This document shows positions 25,301 through 40,300 of a stretch of 64,000 nt of DNA, one piece after another. The notes below the pieces were generated by a model that ran no database searches, had not been told where the DNA came from, and saw only the letters and a program-made list of their open reading frames with translations. The stretch comes from Ascidiella aspersa (Eukaryota): contig OZ004608.1 of assembly GCA_963924565.1 (NCBI GenBank), positions 15,934,001 through 15,998,000 on the forward strand. Reading direction: 5' to 3'. Numbering within the stretch: position 1 is the stretch's first letter; each line of letters opens with the position of its first letter. A program made the translations under genes and the position numbers.

Positions 25301-28300
25301 CTTTGTACGCGTCAGCATTCAAGAGGCGCAAACACAAGTTGTCAGCCACACGTAATATATACTTGCATTCTTTGCAGCGAACTAAGAACGACAGTTAGGT
25401 AACTGCTCCTGAATATTAAAAACACTCCTGCCTTGCTGAATAGGCATAAACTGTGGCTCATTTCGTCGGATTACCACCGAAAAGCAACAAAGGACACCGT
25501 CACCGGAGTATCGACGCCTCGAAGGCTTCTAACACATAGCACAGGTCTGTGACGTAGGCCGCCGTCGTCGGCATTTTTGGCGCACCTGATCCGGCGTCTC
25601 GCGCATTTCGGGCGAGCCTTAAAAAATCGTGAAAGGTGTCGGATAATAATACGCCGCTGAGGCCGGAAGGAAGATTTTGATAGGAGGCGAAAAGTCGACC
25701 GCCGAAATTAATTGCCCAAAACGAATCGGAACTCGTTTTGTTATTTCGCTGACTTGTCAGCGCTCTTGGAAATGGGGTTCGGGGAATAGGGGTAAAAAGT
25801 TTCCGGGCACAGTGACCTTTCGTGAGTTTACCTTTCGGCAACAAAACGTTTCGTGTACATCGTAAACTACCTTTGAGCTTATTTAAGTCTCGGGCTATGA
25901 CAACCTGTGATAAACCAACACGTTACAATGAAACAGAAGATGTTTGACAGTATTGGTGACCTCACTTAAACTATTTTAGAACAAAATTGAGTAAATCACT
26001 TACTCAGCACACCAACAATTAAGTATACGTTAAAAAGATTTAGACCTCGTCATACTATTTTAGTTTCAAGTTTCATTAACTACATTGATTACGTAGCGAA
26101 ATTTCGGCATACGTAACGCGATTTTCGTCCGTTCGATTTCACCAAATAAGGCCTCAAAAATTAAACTGATTACTGTCACCTTAAGATCCTTACCCGGAAA
26201 AGACAATTCCAAAGGAGAAAGCGCCAGCACTTTGTAAGCGACTAGGAGCAACACCTTCGCAATGAACAGCGCTCATTAACTTCGGCAAACAAGGAGTGTT
26301 TAAACGATTTAGTGAAAGCGGTTATAGTAGCGGAAGCAACGCATTTTTATCCGCTTAACGCTTCGACTGCATGTGACGCCCCGTGTTTGTCGCCAAACAG
26401 CGAAAGGTTCGCTGTCTGACGTCATCTTATCTAGGGCGACACGCGACACGACGGCAAAAGGCGGTCGTGACATCAGAGCTGTCGCAAATTGCACCTTTGA
26501 CCGGGATACGTGGTATTCTGGCTGAAAAACATAACTACATTTTTCGTACGTGGCAAAACATAACGAAACCGGTTACCTGCCTAAAGCATAGGTACAAAAA
26601 TTAGCTCAAACGGGTCAGTCTTTTGTTTGTTGCAAAATAGTCGCTAATATTTATGAAATAATTAACCAAACATTTTGCAAAAAAATATTAAAATAGGGTT
26701 GGTAATAAAGACCAGTGCTTCTCTTTTTCAACCTGTGGCACCGCAGAAAATAAAAAGAAATAAGCGGCATTTTTTTCACAAAAAACATAAGAATAACCAT
26801 AAACACGGTACCAGGATAAGGTAGCGAGCAAACACCGTAATGTTATCAGTTATATAATCATGGATAGTGTACATCCAAGTCTCGCTTGCTTGACTTCATA
26901 CCAATTTGTAATACAAATTGGATACTTTTTGAAATTACAAAAAGTTGTAATACTAGTTTGACGCGGCACACTGTTTGAGAATCACCGATAAAGACATTAC
27001 TATTGACAGGATTGTATGGACACGTCTTAATTAAGATAATGTCGATCTACTAGACCTTTTTAGCTTTGCAGTTCATTATTAAGCTACATTACAGATCCGT
27101 GCATAGTATATCCAACGACATTAGTATTCCTGGTTAAATTAAAACAATTGTGGTTTATCATGTTTCGCATCCAGCAAAAAATTGAGGATTAAAGCATGTT
27201 CTTAGTTCCAGATATTTAAACGTAAGACACTATAAGGTGTCAAGAGGTCACCCCAAAATTCCATCGGCACACTATAAAAGCGAAATCCGAAAAATTGCGC
27301 GAAAAGCACGTTTGCCTGAAAGGCCTGGCGGAGAAAAGTGACGGCGACTAGCAACTTAACTTTTCGCAACATGATGGGGAGAAGTGGTGAAATAGAGCTC
27401 AAGAGATTCCGTTATCTGATGTGCCAACAATGCCGAACATCGTGACAGACTGTAAGTGCGTCGGGATCGCTGGGAAATTAGCGGGCCACAAAAACAAAGG
27501 GCTCGGAGTGAGTCAGTCGCGCTTAGCTGCTGCTCGAGGCGGCTAGACTTGCCCAAGGCAAAAAGCAAGGATTGAGGCGGCCGTTACGCCCGGTTAGCTT
27601 AAAAACAAAGGAGAACAAACGTTGGGTGGTGCTGCAAGACAGGATCCTGCGGTTTAAGGTGAGACGTTCCGGCAGTCCCGCGTGCCTCGTTGACGGACGT
27701 TAGGCAAAGAGGTAAACATGATAAAACGTCGGTCTTTAGGCAAGATCAAGCGACGGGGACGATTGGTGGCACGCTGCCCCCTTTGCACTCTTCCGAGGCC
27801 CAGGTGCAATTTCGCTTTAAACCGCTGCTTCGCGCCGAGGCCGAAGCCAAACAGACGCAGAACGGATTAAGCTTTAATTAAGTGGAAACGGCGTGCGGTT
27901 GGTTCGCCTAGCATTCGAAGCTATTGAGACAGCAGCGAACTGCTGCCGAGAGTTCCCACGAGTGCGTAAACACTTCAAGTTCCAACGCTATACTTCTGTT
28001 GAAATCTGATGCGCTGCTGTAGAGCAACAACAGAGGGCCAAACACAATGTGTTCAAAAATAAAAAAAAGAAGATACATTTCGGGTAAAATAGTAGAAGAA
28101 TACTCTTACAAAGCTAGTAATTTGGGTCAGACACTTCTGCTATTACTGATCAGGAATTAAGGTCGACATTTATCTTGCAAGGGTTAGGGTGATTTCTATT
28201 ATTACATATTTAGTTCTACGTTCGGTAAAATAACACAAGCTTCGGGGTAAATACCAAAAGTGTAGCAACAATACAAATCACGTATCGTTAAAATAAAGTT

Positions 28301-31300
28301 CAGATTTAGCTCAATGCTACAAAGTGTTTAACTGCGGGAGAATGTCACCGACCTAGGTCCACACCCAAACCGCAACGCTCAAATCGCTCATAAAGTAACA
28401 AAGGTCAAGTAAACACGAAGCCCCGGCAGATAACCCACGTAGCAGTTTTCCCACAGATTGGTCTGGGGCAGTTAGCGCAAACACACCTGACCGATCTAAG
28501 AGGGCTAAGTCTATAGCATTCAGGAACGCTTAGGCGAAACGCGGTTTCCTGTAAAAAAAAGAAATGTCGCAACCTACCCGGGTTCTATACGTGTGGCCTG
28601 GCGTAAAGGAAGACAAACCGCATATTATGAGGGAAAGCATAAAGTACCTACACAGCCGCGACACGAATAGTTCGCCACAAAGTTTATGACGTAAAGTGTA
28701 AAGTTGGTCGATTTGGCATGAAACTACGATTATTTAGTCTTACGTTGCCATGACTAATGGTTCTAAACAAAAGTTGACCAGTAACAAAAATTTTTTTTAC
28801 AAAACAAAAAATAATATCTAGTTATTCTCACACGGATTTGTTCATAATGTCGAATACACGTCACTACATATTTTGTATTGAACTGAGTTTACGAGATTTA
28901 TTTTGCTCTAAAGATTTTGAATAACTTCCGAAAGGGTAAGAGTTAGTTTGTAACAACAACCCTTAAATAAAATTGGACAAAATGCGTTAAAAGTAAACTT
29001 TAGTCAGTGTTGTTCCATTCTCCCATGATCATCATTTACACGATTTACCAGATGTTGTTGTTCGTTTATTTGGACTTAGCATCGCATGGGAATGTCGCCG
29101 ATTGGGTAAAATAATGTTAATCGTCAAACGGTGCCATAACATGTCTTTGAATCAATCCTATTGACACTTCCCAGAAAAAATACACATTTGCTCTCAAGAA
29201 AAAATACAAAAGAGCAAACTAAGCCTGCAAAAAGGCAGTTTGTCCGCATTTTTGTGCGCTTTCTAAAAATCCTTATAGATGAGGTGAATTTGTTCGGACG
29301 CAACGACCCGTGATTCGGGCTTAAGCAGCAAGAAATCGCGGCGTAATTGTGCCCACGTCAAAATCGAGCCGCTCCACGGCGCCGCCGATTCGGTAACACA
29401 AACAGGGCACTGTTGGGCGCGGGGAACAAACAAACTTGTTTACGTTGGAAGTTCCTCGGCTGTTACGTCACAATTGATTGTTGCATGGTCGGGGTTTCTC
29501 CGAGGGCCGGGCTTGCCGTCTTGGGTTACAGACAAATTAAAGCTAGTCAGCGACGTCGCTGCATGTCGACAAGTGATGCAAAGTACTGAAAGCCTAGAAG
29601 CGTGGAAAATCGTCGTTAATGTTTGAGTTAGGGCTTGTACCGAGTGGCACCAAGCAACGAATAAAATGCAGGATAAATTTACAGAACGTGTGGGCAGACG
29701 GGGTATTCAGCGGTGAACTAACAGCTGCAGCAGCAAGGGTCCGCGTGGAGATTTTAGGTCAAGATTGCAGCGCAGTGAGAAAGCATCAGCGGTCCGTGTA
29801 CACGGCTTATAGGCGCGTGCGCCGCAATAGATGAGCCAGGCCGGATACGTAAATAAACGCCCTCAGCGACGCGCTATGACGAGCGACCGGTGGACTCACT
29901 AAGCCGCCTTAGTCCATTCGGCCTGGTGCTTTTAAGCCAGAGACGTAAAGCAAGCTGATTGTTAATCTTGTTTGAACCGACTATTTAAACGTGGTTCGTT
30001 TCGAAAACGCTAAACGCCACAAACGATAAAAAGTTTTGGAAGGTATGTAACATATTTTTTTTTTACAATTAGTTGGTTCTGTGATGACTGTATAGATGAC
30101 GAGTCGTAACAAACTTTGCCGACAAAAAGTACGAGGCATTTGTCTGAGAACCACCAAACTTTTCATAAAAAATAATATCTCAGTCTATAAAAAAATCAAT
30201 TCTGTAAAAAGGTAATTTGTTCTTGTCTAATTTGATAAAAAAGAATATTTTTTTTAACAGATACTGCCAATTGTAAACGCTACGCTACACCTCAAATCTT
30301 GGATCAGCATTAGGACCAATTAAGGTGAGTGTTATTTTGTTATGCACTGAAGTGATATGCTATTGTATATTAAAAAAATATTTTTGGTTGGTAGGCCTAT
30401 TGTGGTGTGTAAAAAATACAATCTAGACTAGAGCTGTGTGCTTTCTTTTAGCAAAGTCCTTAGTTACACGACCAATGAAATGTAATTACAGGAATTATAT
30501 ACGTTTGGCAAATTGACACCAAGCGGAGGTTATTAAAAAACACAGCGTCCGCACGGTGTCGCTGCGCCGACGTAACTATGTGCAAACCAGTCCGTACTGC
30601 CTATTTTTGCTTGTCGTATTGCTAATGGAAAGGAAGTGGTATGTACAGGCACGATATTGTAGTCGCTTGTCAGAAGACAACGCTCACAATTGAGTTATAC
30701 GCCTCAAAGTTCAAGGAAACACATACAGCGAAGACTGTGTGCGAAACAAGAAGGTTCAAGAGGTTAAAACACTCAAAACGCTAGTTCACCACAGCAAAGT
30801 GCCAGCGAATTTGCCTGCAATAATTAAAGCACAAACAGCGATCTTCCACTCAAGCTTACATAATCAAAGGAACCGCCTAAGTCAACAGGGTGAGACCGCA
30901 GCGGTCACGGGTCGCTTAATCCGGGTCGACAGCGTCGCCGAAACAAGATAGGCAGACTTGGTCTGGTCCAAGCAGAGCTATATCGCAGCTTTGTTGTGCA
31001 TACCGTTCCGTAAAGACCACCCTATTTCTTGCGACAACTTGATACCGCCGTCGCGGCCGGGCTCCAACGGGAAGTCCAAACATTGCGACGACTTGCGACT
31101 GATACAATAAGCCGACTGTCCTCAAGAATGGCCGTTTTGTGTGTGTAGCGTGATTCGGCCTCGGTGGGCGCGAATTCGGCCTCGGTGGGAAACGGGTGTT
31201 TGTTTGCTTGTGAAGAGATTAAATCCGCGTAATTCCGTTGTTTCATAACATAACTTGTCGGCGTTACCGTGCCAGAGGGAAGTGACAGATTGTAACACCA

Positions 31301-34300
31301 CGAGGTGTCTGTTAAGACAGCAGAAATCTGTTAAGACAGCAGAAAAATTACTTGGGTTTTTTGAAGAAAAAAAATTACACTTAGTTTTATTGTCTGCGTC
31401 TTTCCGCGTACTTTTTTACAAGATTGTTAATCGGCAATTTGCGGTAAGCGCTCAAAACTTTTATAAAACTAATCGGACAGTTGCAGGAGGAAATCACGAA
31501 AACATTAAAACTCGATTTTGTAAAAGTCGGCCTTGCGTCAAACACGAACACTTCAAAAATTAACATTTACCTCTGCACATCACACGTCATTCGAGCGACA
31601 GGCCATTTGTCACAAACAGCATGTTTCGGGAAAAGTTGGCAGACAAGCGAATCTTTGCAGAGCAAAAATGAAGTGTTTCTTTTTTTGTTGTTGATAAACT
31701 GGCAGTCACAGAGAGTGACGAGTTTGGTGGTTTCCTGTGTGCAAAACATGGGCGAATATGTTGGAATGCCACGGTATCGGGAACGGTTCATAGCCAAGCC
31801 GCAGCAATATACGCTTCGGGTTGTTATCGCGCTTTGGAGGTTAAACCGACAAAGGAGTTAATCCGACTTCGAGGATGATCAGTTAATGAGCACGATCAGT
31901 CGATCACGTCATGCGATATTTATAGCCTCGTCGCAGCGGCGCTTCATTGGTCGGAAGCAGCTGATTCGTCGACGCAGGCCGAGCGTGAAGAGGTTTACCT
32001 GAAAAAAAAAACTGCGCGTAGGATTCGGGGAGCGACCTGAAAAGCGCGCGGCGGGTAATTTTTGTCGAAGGCCGCACGAGAAAGTACGAAGGGAGAAGTT
32101 TGGTAGTGATGAACCTCCAGGCTGAGCGGCAACCGCATTGCAAGGGCTTCAATTACATCGAGGGCCAGCGATAAGCGGCGATTAGAGGCAGCGAGGGGCT
32201 TTGCCGGCTTTGGTTTCACTCGCTAGAAGGCAAAAAGTATTCGGAGGCATCTCGAAGAGCAACAGTTACAGATAGAGCTGGCGACTTGATCGATGCAGGC
32301 GAAGTCGAGTATTTTGCGCGCGAGAAGAATGGCACGATCGTGGAAGCTCGCGATTGGCCCGAGGCCCTCGTGGCATAGAGAGAGCGCATCTTCCAGCAAA
32401 CGCCGATTTGCAAGTTTACCGCACGCGCGTTCCGGCCAGTAAACAAGCGCGCAGAAGCGGCTCCTCAGATCGGACAAGCGATAATAGGAGGAGAAAGATT
32501 AACAGGGCACGTCCTTGTCGAAGCGGGAGCTAATCCGCTAGCGCTGATGATGCAACGGCACGCGCAGCGGAGCGTGGCGTGCCCTTACGTCACCGACTCT
32601 GCAGATTTCGAGTCGACAGTTCGGGTCCAAGCCCAGTTCGCGCGAACAAGGTCGCAATTTAAAGGCCCGACAATGGGAGACACTGTGGCGTTTTGTCGTG
32701 TGAGAAGGGCGCGTTTAGTTGTTGTGTAGTGGAAGCGTTATAAATCGCGAAAAGGCGTAGAAATCGCGACACAAGAGAAAGCTGAAGCCGATATAGGCCG
32801 AGTGTGACGATGTCTGGTCGGCTATGTATTCTATTATAATATTCTGGGAAGATTTTGACAGGTACAGATTTCACAGGTTAGCAAATGTTGATTGCGGAAA
32901 AAGAGTTCGCCAGTGAATGTTATCGTTATATGCCGACGGTATTTTTTGCAAGGTCATATTGAGCACCTTTTGTGGAGTGCATATTTAACTAAAAAAATCA
33001 TTGTAGTTGTGGAAGCACATTTGTTAAAAACGATTTGCAATAGGTACGAGCCGAATAGGTTGGTTTAAGCCTTGTAATATTAGGATTTAAAATTAATAAC
33101 TTCTATCTCTGCTGAGAAATGGCTGGAGCATTTCCAACAAATCTATGCGTTTTTGACGAAGACGAAGACGATAGGTAAGGCAAAATATTTTTTTTTGTAT
33201 TCCCTTGGTAAATTCATTATGCACTCTTGTGAGTTGGTATACTGCTACCTTTTCTTGTTATTCACGATAGGACAACCGCATTTTAGGCGGTGAAACTCGA
33301 AATTGAGAAGCATCCGCCCATGACTCATTTTGAGAAAGGGAAAGATTTTTTGTGGTTACGGAATTTCTGCGAAAGGTAACCTATTAATGGCAACGGGTTA
33401 TAACGAGGCACTTATTTAAATAGTAAAATTACTTGCGAAATACACATACATCTAAATTCATATAAACGTGCAATAAACAATTGTTTGATAAAACGTGTTA
33501 CCCCTGGGATCCGGCCAGAGATTATCAGCATTGACCCTCCGAACCAAAATTTCTCAAACACATTTAATATTTTTTGTTAACCCGATATTTATCAAAACAA
33601 TTTGCACAATCATCTCTAAAAGGCTCAAGCATTTCGAAGTTGTGACACGGAAATTACACGTGTTCGCATTTTTCAAGAACAGTTATATTAATTTTGAGAT
33701 CAAAAGTGGCGTTTATTCATTTGCAAAATAACTACATGCGCGGTGCATCATATTGTGACTGGCATGTATCATCAACCTTTCGAGGTGTGCAATTTTGCCG
33801 GAGCTGGAGATAGCAAATAGGCACGTTTGGAGGCAATGTGAATGTCTATAACGTGACCAAATAAGAAGAAGCCGATCACGAAATCAAACAAAACCGGCCG
33901 TCTTTTGTACTAAAAATTTGCAGAAAGAACAGTTTTCAGGTTACCGCGGGTTGCAACACAGGTCGATCAAAAACATAGATTTATGATTGCGTGCATTTAA
34001 AATCACTTTATTTTTATACTTGATTGTAAAAATACAATTTGTACCATATACACACGATAACTAGGAAAATGTAAAACAATTTTTCAACACAATTCAAGTA
34101 ATTACGCATTCCAATGTGTTTTCAAAAATCATTTTTCAACTGTACGACAATCTTTTTCATTATCAAACGTATGTTTAAACAGAACAGCTAACCTTGCCGG
34201 ACAAGCATTGGTTTAATGACATAACTGACCTTCCTGTAGCCCCTGTGCCGCGACCTTAAAATCACTTTAAATGCCCTTGAAACGAGGGGTACTTTGCACA

Positions 34301-37300
34301 GAATGAACCGAAAATAAACTGCACGAAAGGTTAATGGACCACGCAGAATACGAGGCCGAATGCGAAGCCAAAAAAGTGCGGCGGTTTTGCAAGGCAGGTA
34401 ACTGCGTCACGGCGGCGGGCTGCCTTTGTAAAACGATAGGGTCGAGCCAAATAGCAAAGATCCAAAGAAGCGTTGTGCCTGACAACATGTCATGACGTGT
34501 GGGGCGTTTTAAAGCCGACTCGGAAAACGAAAGTGGAAAAGTTTACCTCGCACAGGTTCAGAAAGAGTTCGACGCCGGCACAGACTGAACGGCACTTTGC
34601 CCAAATCGGCTGCTTTTATGTTTTCGAGGTGGTTGTTGTTGTGGTACCGTCATCTTCCAGAAAGTACATCACACCAAAACAATACGTAATGCATCGCGGT
34701 CCAACATTACGTCAACCTTTGAATAAGAACGACTGGATGGGGTGACATAATCAGGAAACACAGCCGTTTTCAATAAACCTAAAAGCATCTGACTCATCCT
34801 CGTTCAAACGTGACCGTGTACCCGTAGATTAACGGCTTCGCTGGTGCTACGTTCCAAAAAATTGCAGACCACAAGAAAGCGAAAAAGCGAAGAGGAACGT
34901 TGGCCGCTCTTACAACGCAAAAATACTCGTGAGGATTATCTTTGACAAACAGAGGCTCAGCTTCGAACTTAAAGTTGCTCGTTCGACGCAACACAAACAT
35001 GGTTAAGGGATTTGCGCATGCCGGGGCTGCTTTTGTTTTAAATTGCTGCTTCGGCGCCACTAAATTGAACACGAACGTAAATAATGTGTCGTAGTTGACA
35101 CGAACGGTTTCATCCAGGTGCAGCGGTTTTATTTGCCAGGAGATTAAACGTTTTTTTATTTTTATTTCACCGATATAGAACTATTGAATTTTGCTTCGGA
35201 ACAAATGAGACCGATGGTCGTTCCAAATCGCGTTCGTTCTAACATATTTAATTTGAAGTCGTTAAACTTAAGATTTGTAAACGTTAAGATTTTACATAAA
35301 CTTTAGATAGATTTGTAGTCGCATAGCGCACCTCACTCTCTTTTTAATTTAACCTCATTTCCAATGCACAAGGCTTGATCACAAACTAATAATTAGGCAC
35401 CCACACGGTGGCACTATAGCGCCACTAAACCAATGACGGTATAAATTCGCCTGTAGACTGACGACCGCTGAACGGCAACTAGAAAACAAACTTCATACCT
35501 TCAACACATTAAATAAAACGTTTTTGAAAATAAAAATGAGTCGAAAAGGGATAAACAACCGTGATGTGTTGTCGGATATTGTTGCCATCTTAGCGTATCG
35601 CTCAAAATGTCCGCAGCCGCTTTTCTGGTTATTAATGCGCGTTGAAAAGTCAGGCCCGATCAAGTGGTATGAGTGGACATCCGGTCAGGTGTGCCACGTG
35701 CGACCACCTGCGTTGATCTGCCACTGGGCGTCTCGGAAACGAGCACGGATTATCCGCATTCGAATAACAAGGATTAACAGTGACGTACTGTTGTGGAAAG
35801 AATGCGACGTTTTGTCTTTTATGCCGTTCCCAATCTTTTTTTTACCATAACAAATAGCAATTGAATACATTTAGTTGCGCCAACACGATATTTGAGCAAG
35901 GAGAGAAACAAATCGACCGTAATAAATTGAAATGCCATGAAAAATGTTTCGAATGCTAATCAGCTCTGCTTTTCACAACTCTGCCGATCTGACACTGGTA
36001 CCATGCAATAAGTATTTTGGTTTCCCCATGTATCGATTAATTGAACTTAACAAACATAGTTTGCTTATCAATCAGGATGTTCTTGTTCGCTGATCCTTAA
36101 TTATTAATATTAATATCATTTTAACCGCCAACCAATTGGGAAAAAAAAAACAAGTTTAAAAGACTTTCTGAAAAAAATATTTTTAAATTGTACTCATTAA
36201 TTAAGCATTAACTTCTGTCGTTCGCGTAATCCGCAAAAACAAACAGAATCCGGTGATTTACAAGTCAAATGTAGGAAACACGTCGATGCCGTGATTAAGG
36301 TTAAAATCGACCGAAAACTACAGCAGTAAAGAGCTGACAATAACACGCACGCGCTTGCTAACGACGCCAACGAACCTTTCAATTCTCGAATTGTTAATAT
36401 CCGACAAAAACAAACAAGCGTCACATCGCAGCCGCGCTAGTCGCCGGGCTGATCGCGCATCAGGCAAACCATCATCACGATCGTAGGCAGCTCTTGTTTG
36501 TCGTGATCGCTTCAATCGTTTCCGCCCTCGCCCGTTATCGCTCTACGCCTTGGAGCAGCAGCGCGAGGCTGGCGCAGATAAAATCAGCTGATCTCTTGCG
36601 CGATGCCGCGGGCGAACGCGCGCTATCGGAGTTTCGCATCTTTCGCTGCTCGCGGCCTGTACACTTTGGCATCGCAACGCTCTTCGGCGATTACCAGCAG
36701 TTGGGAAAGATTGAAGGCTGCGAACACGGAGATTCGATCGCGCGCGTACGCACTTTAGCGCAGTTTGGCGTAATTGGGCAAAGAAATCCCCTTGGCCCCT
36801 GACAATGGGTTGAAAATCGCCCTGTGCAGTTGGAAGTCGGCCGAATGCGGGCTCCATCCCCAATTTCACCGCAACATTAGAAAAGCACCCGACAATTTAA
36901 AGGCCTGAAACGGATGTGGGACTTTTGTGTAAAATCGTTAAAACTTATAATACCAAGTTCGGTTTATCCTATAAATGCAGGTTTGTCTTCTCGTCCAGGG
37001 TTTCTGTTGCCTGCACCAAGTCGGCGTGTGACTTTTGCCAAAGGGCACTATTTTGTCTGGGCGCGTATGAAACGTTGCCTGGCGAGCATTAGGGGTCCGC
37101 AACTGGAATTTACCCCTCTCTAGACCGCCACAGTCGCGACCCCGTCGTCGCCAGGAATGCGCGGGGACACAATAGGCACCCTTGTCCAATCGCGCACCTG
37201 GCCGGGGATAATGCCGGGGTGCCGGGGATGGCATTAAGTTATGGCAACACACAGCAGCGCGCACACAAACACACACACAAGGAGTGACCACGTCACCGGG

Positions 37301-40300
37301 AGTCGTTTGGCCGTGACCGGGTCTGGCGCTCCGGTATTTTTCTGTGATCAGAAGTCGAGACATCAAAGCTTTTCAGTTTAGTCGAGGAATTGGAGTGCTA
37401 AGTGCCCTCTTCTTTGACAGGGTGTTTTGCTCCTAAAATGTAGCCTCACTCCACAGCCATTCGGTGAATTAAAGCCACCATAATTGTATTATAGACACTT
37501 GTGCAAATAAAACAAAGAGTACGTAGTCTATATTTAAAAAATGGGCACATTTAGTAAAGCATTTGTAGGTAAAACAAAGTCGAGGACATTAACACTTGCA
37601 TGCAAAACAGACCACCGAAACCTGAAACCGGAATTTTGTTCCTTGGGGGAAATTGTTGGCCGATAAACCCGTGTTCACTGTTTGACGGATATTTTCGTCA
37701 GCTTGACAGCCTCTTTGAAACTTTTGTCCTCGCTGAAGAGGGCCACGTCAGCTCCAATCCGATCCCATTGTCGCATGTCGAGTGGCGTAAACAAACGCGA
37801 CAGGCGATACGCCGTGCGCGACGCGCCGACAGCGCCATGCAATTTTGAAGGACGGGCTTTCAGCCAAGAATGGTGTTTCCGCACAATTACCCGAAGTCGC
37901 CAGCACAGAGTTCTCTGGTTGCGGTGCTAGTGGCTAAAAGCTGCAAGGCCACAAATCGGATCACCAAAACACTGCGGTTGGAAGCCGCAATACAACGCTT
38001 GTGTAAGGTGTTTCAAGTGACACAAGGGCCGTGCGTGGCAAGTAGGTCAGGTTAAAACCGCAGAAACGTGCGGTGGGTGGAAATTCCGCATTTCAACCGT
38101 AATGGATGAAGTAGGATTTGTGATGAAGAAACCATTAAAACAATATTCGACAGTGGTGGTTACAATAAACTTGACCCAGATTTGTCGTTGTGGCGGGAGT
38201 ACGTGGCGAGGTACAACAAATAGTTTTAGCAAAATACCAGGCAGTGTAATTATATTGTATGCGAAGAGCGCAAACACGTTTTATCGCTATATCTGAACCC
38301 GTCGTGCAATGTACATAAAAAGGCAGGGCGGAAAGCAGGATTAGCCACACATCGGCAAAAATCATTGGGTTTCCTACGTTGGCCAAGCCGCAGGTCTGAT
38401 GCGATCTCTGCGCGCTTTGATGTCGGCGATATAGTTTGTTAGCGGACCGCAACGCACACACAACGACAAAAAGGCTGGGTGCCCCCATTTGGCGGGGCAA
38501 GGCCTGCGAGGTGACCGCCCCTTGTTTGTTGTTTTTGCGGCGATCTGAGCTCCAATATCGCGCGTAATCGCCACTAAACGGCGGAAAGCTCGGCGTCGAC
38601 TTGCGACGGACGCAAGAAGAAGGCAAATGGCTGGCTCATTGGGTCTGCGCCGCTGACAATAACTCTTGTAGAAGCGAGTGGCGTCGAAGCCGACCAAGTC
38701 GCTACATGGCGGCAAACGTCAGGTATTTTTTATGTTAGCTTTTGCGGACGGGAGTGACCGTGAGAATCTTCGGCCAGGAAAGGAGAAAACATGTGCAGCC
38801 GAGGCGTGCTGGGAATTTATAATAACTTAATTGGACTTGACAAACCTGTTGTTACTTACGCCAGGAACGCGGTTGGAAGTATTAGCGGATCTACGTTCAA
38901 ACTTAAAAAAATACTAAATAATCGAATACTATACAATTACTTTTTTTAAAGCAGTTGGACTCCTTGTTTGAATAACAAGATCACATAGTCTTAACCAACA
39001 TGGCGTTTGCATCTGTCTCAAATAAAGGAGCTTTGCAATCGATTATAACGCTCTGTTATGTTTTAACGTGACCAAAATTTTGCGTTGCCGCAATTTCACA
39101 GGTTGGCATTTTTGCGCCCAACTCGGACACATCAAAAGCCTAGCTTCGACGCGGCGAACCCGCAAGCACCTAAATCCGGTATTCGGTTTATTTGCATGAT
39201 GCTGACTTATTCAATTAGAGGTCAAGTGCAGAAGTAACCTGGGCGCGTATTTGCGTTTCGCGGTTGCGCCAAAGCAAACCGTTTCGCCTCGCAGGCAAGT
39301 TGTATAAAGCAGGTAGAAAGATTTAACCTTGAACACCGGACATGGCCGTTCAAACGTTGTATTAAGTACCAAAGCTGTGTCGATTTTAGCAAGAACACTA
39401 AAATGTTCCGCTACGATTTGGACCTTTTTGGTATCTTTGGAACGTCAATTTGGCTAATTAAAACAGCATACTGCCAATTAGAGGTTTGCCAGAATAGTTA
39501 CCTTTGCCAAACACCAAAAGGCAAGCGATGCGGGGGGAATGGCCGCCAAGTAGGTAGTACCGTTGGAATCAATCACATGTGGGGTTTAGCTGCGTGGGCG
39601 AGCACATATAGCATCAAGATCTCAGCAAGACGCTCGACTTAATTGGCTTGAGCTGTTCGGCTTCACGGGCCGCTTGCGCTGAGCTATTTCCGAGCCTTCA
39701 TCGGGCGCCAGCAATAGGTTGAGCATCAGCGCTGAATGTTGCGCCAGCTTTTTAAAGTCTTATAAAATCACATGACCGCCGCGAAAGCACGAATTGCGCA
39801 TAAAAAGAGTCTTGGTGATTCTTATTGTTTTACATGTATTTTTAAAGTGCACTTTTTAAACCCGGTTAGCGAAAAGGCAAGTAGCTTCGGCTGTTAGTAT
39901 GCGGGCCACTTAAAACTGGCCGGCCAAAAAGCGACTTCGCTCTAATAGCGGTACCTCGACCGGTGGCCATTACACGACGGCGTCTAAGCTGATTCGCTGG
40001 TCCGTGCAGTTATTTGCGTGACTTGAAGCGACCGCGCCGACCCCTTTTCGGTTAATGCGAGAACGTGACTTTCCAGGATGTCAGTCTGCTGGCGAAAGTT
40101 CGAGTCGGGCTCGGTCCTGCATTTCCAAACCAATACAGAGGAAAACAGAGTAGGCGGTTTTTGGTGCAATTTGTACTGAAAATTTAGAATCATTAGTAAA
40201 GCAGCTTTGTCTACTTTTTCGCAGTAGCATAGTAACCTTTCCAGCAAAGTTCTGATTTATATTTTTCTTTTCGGTCGATTTTAATTATTTTTTAACATTA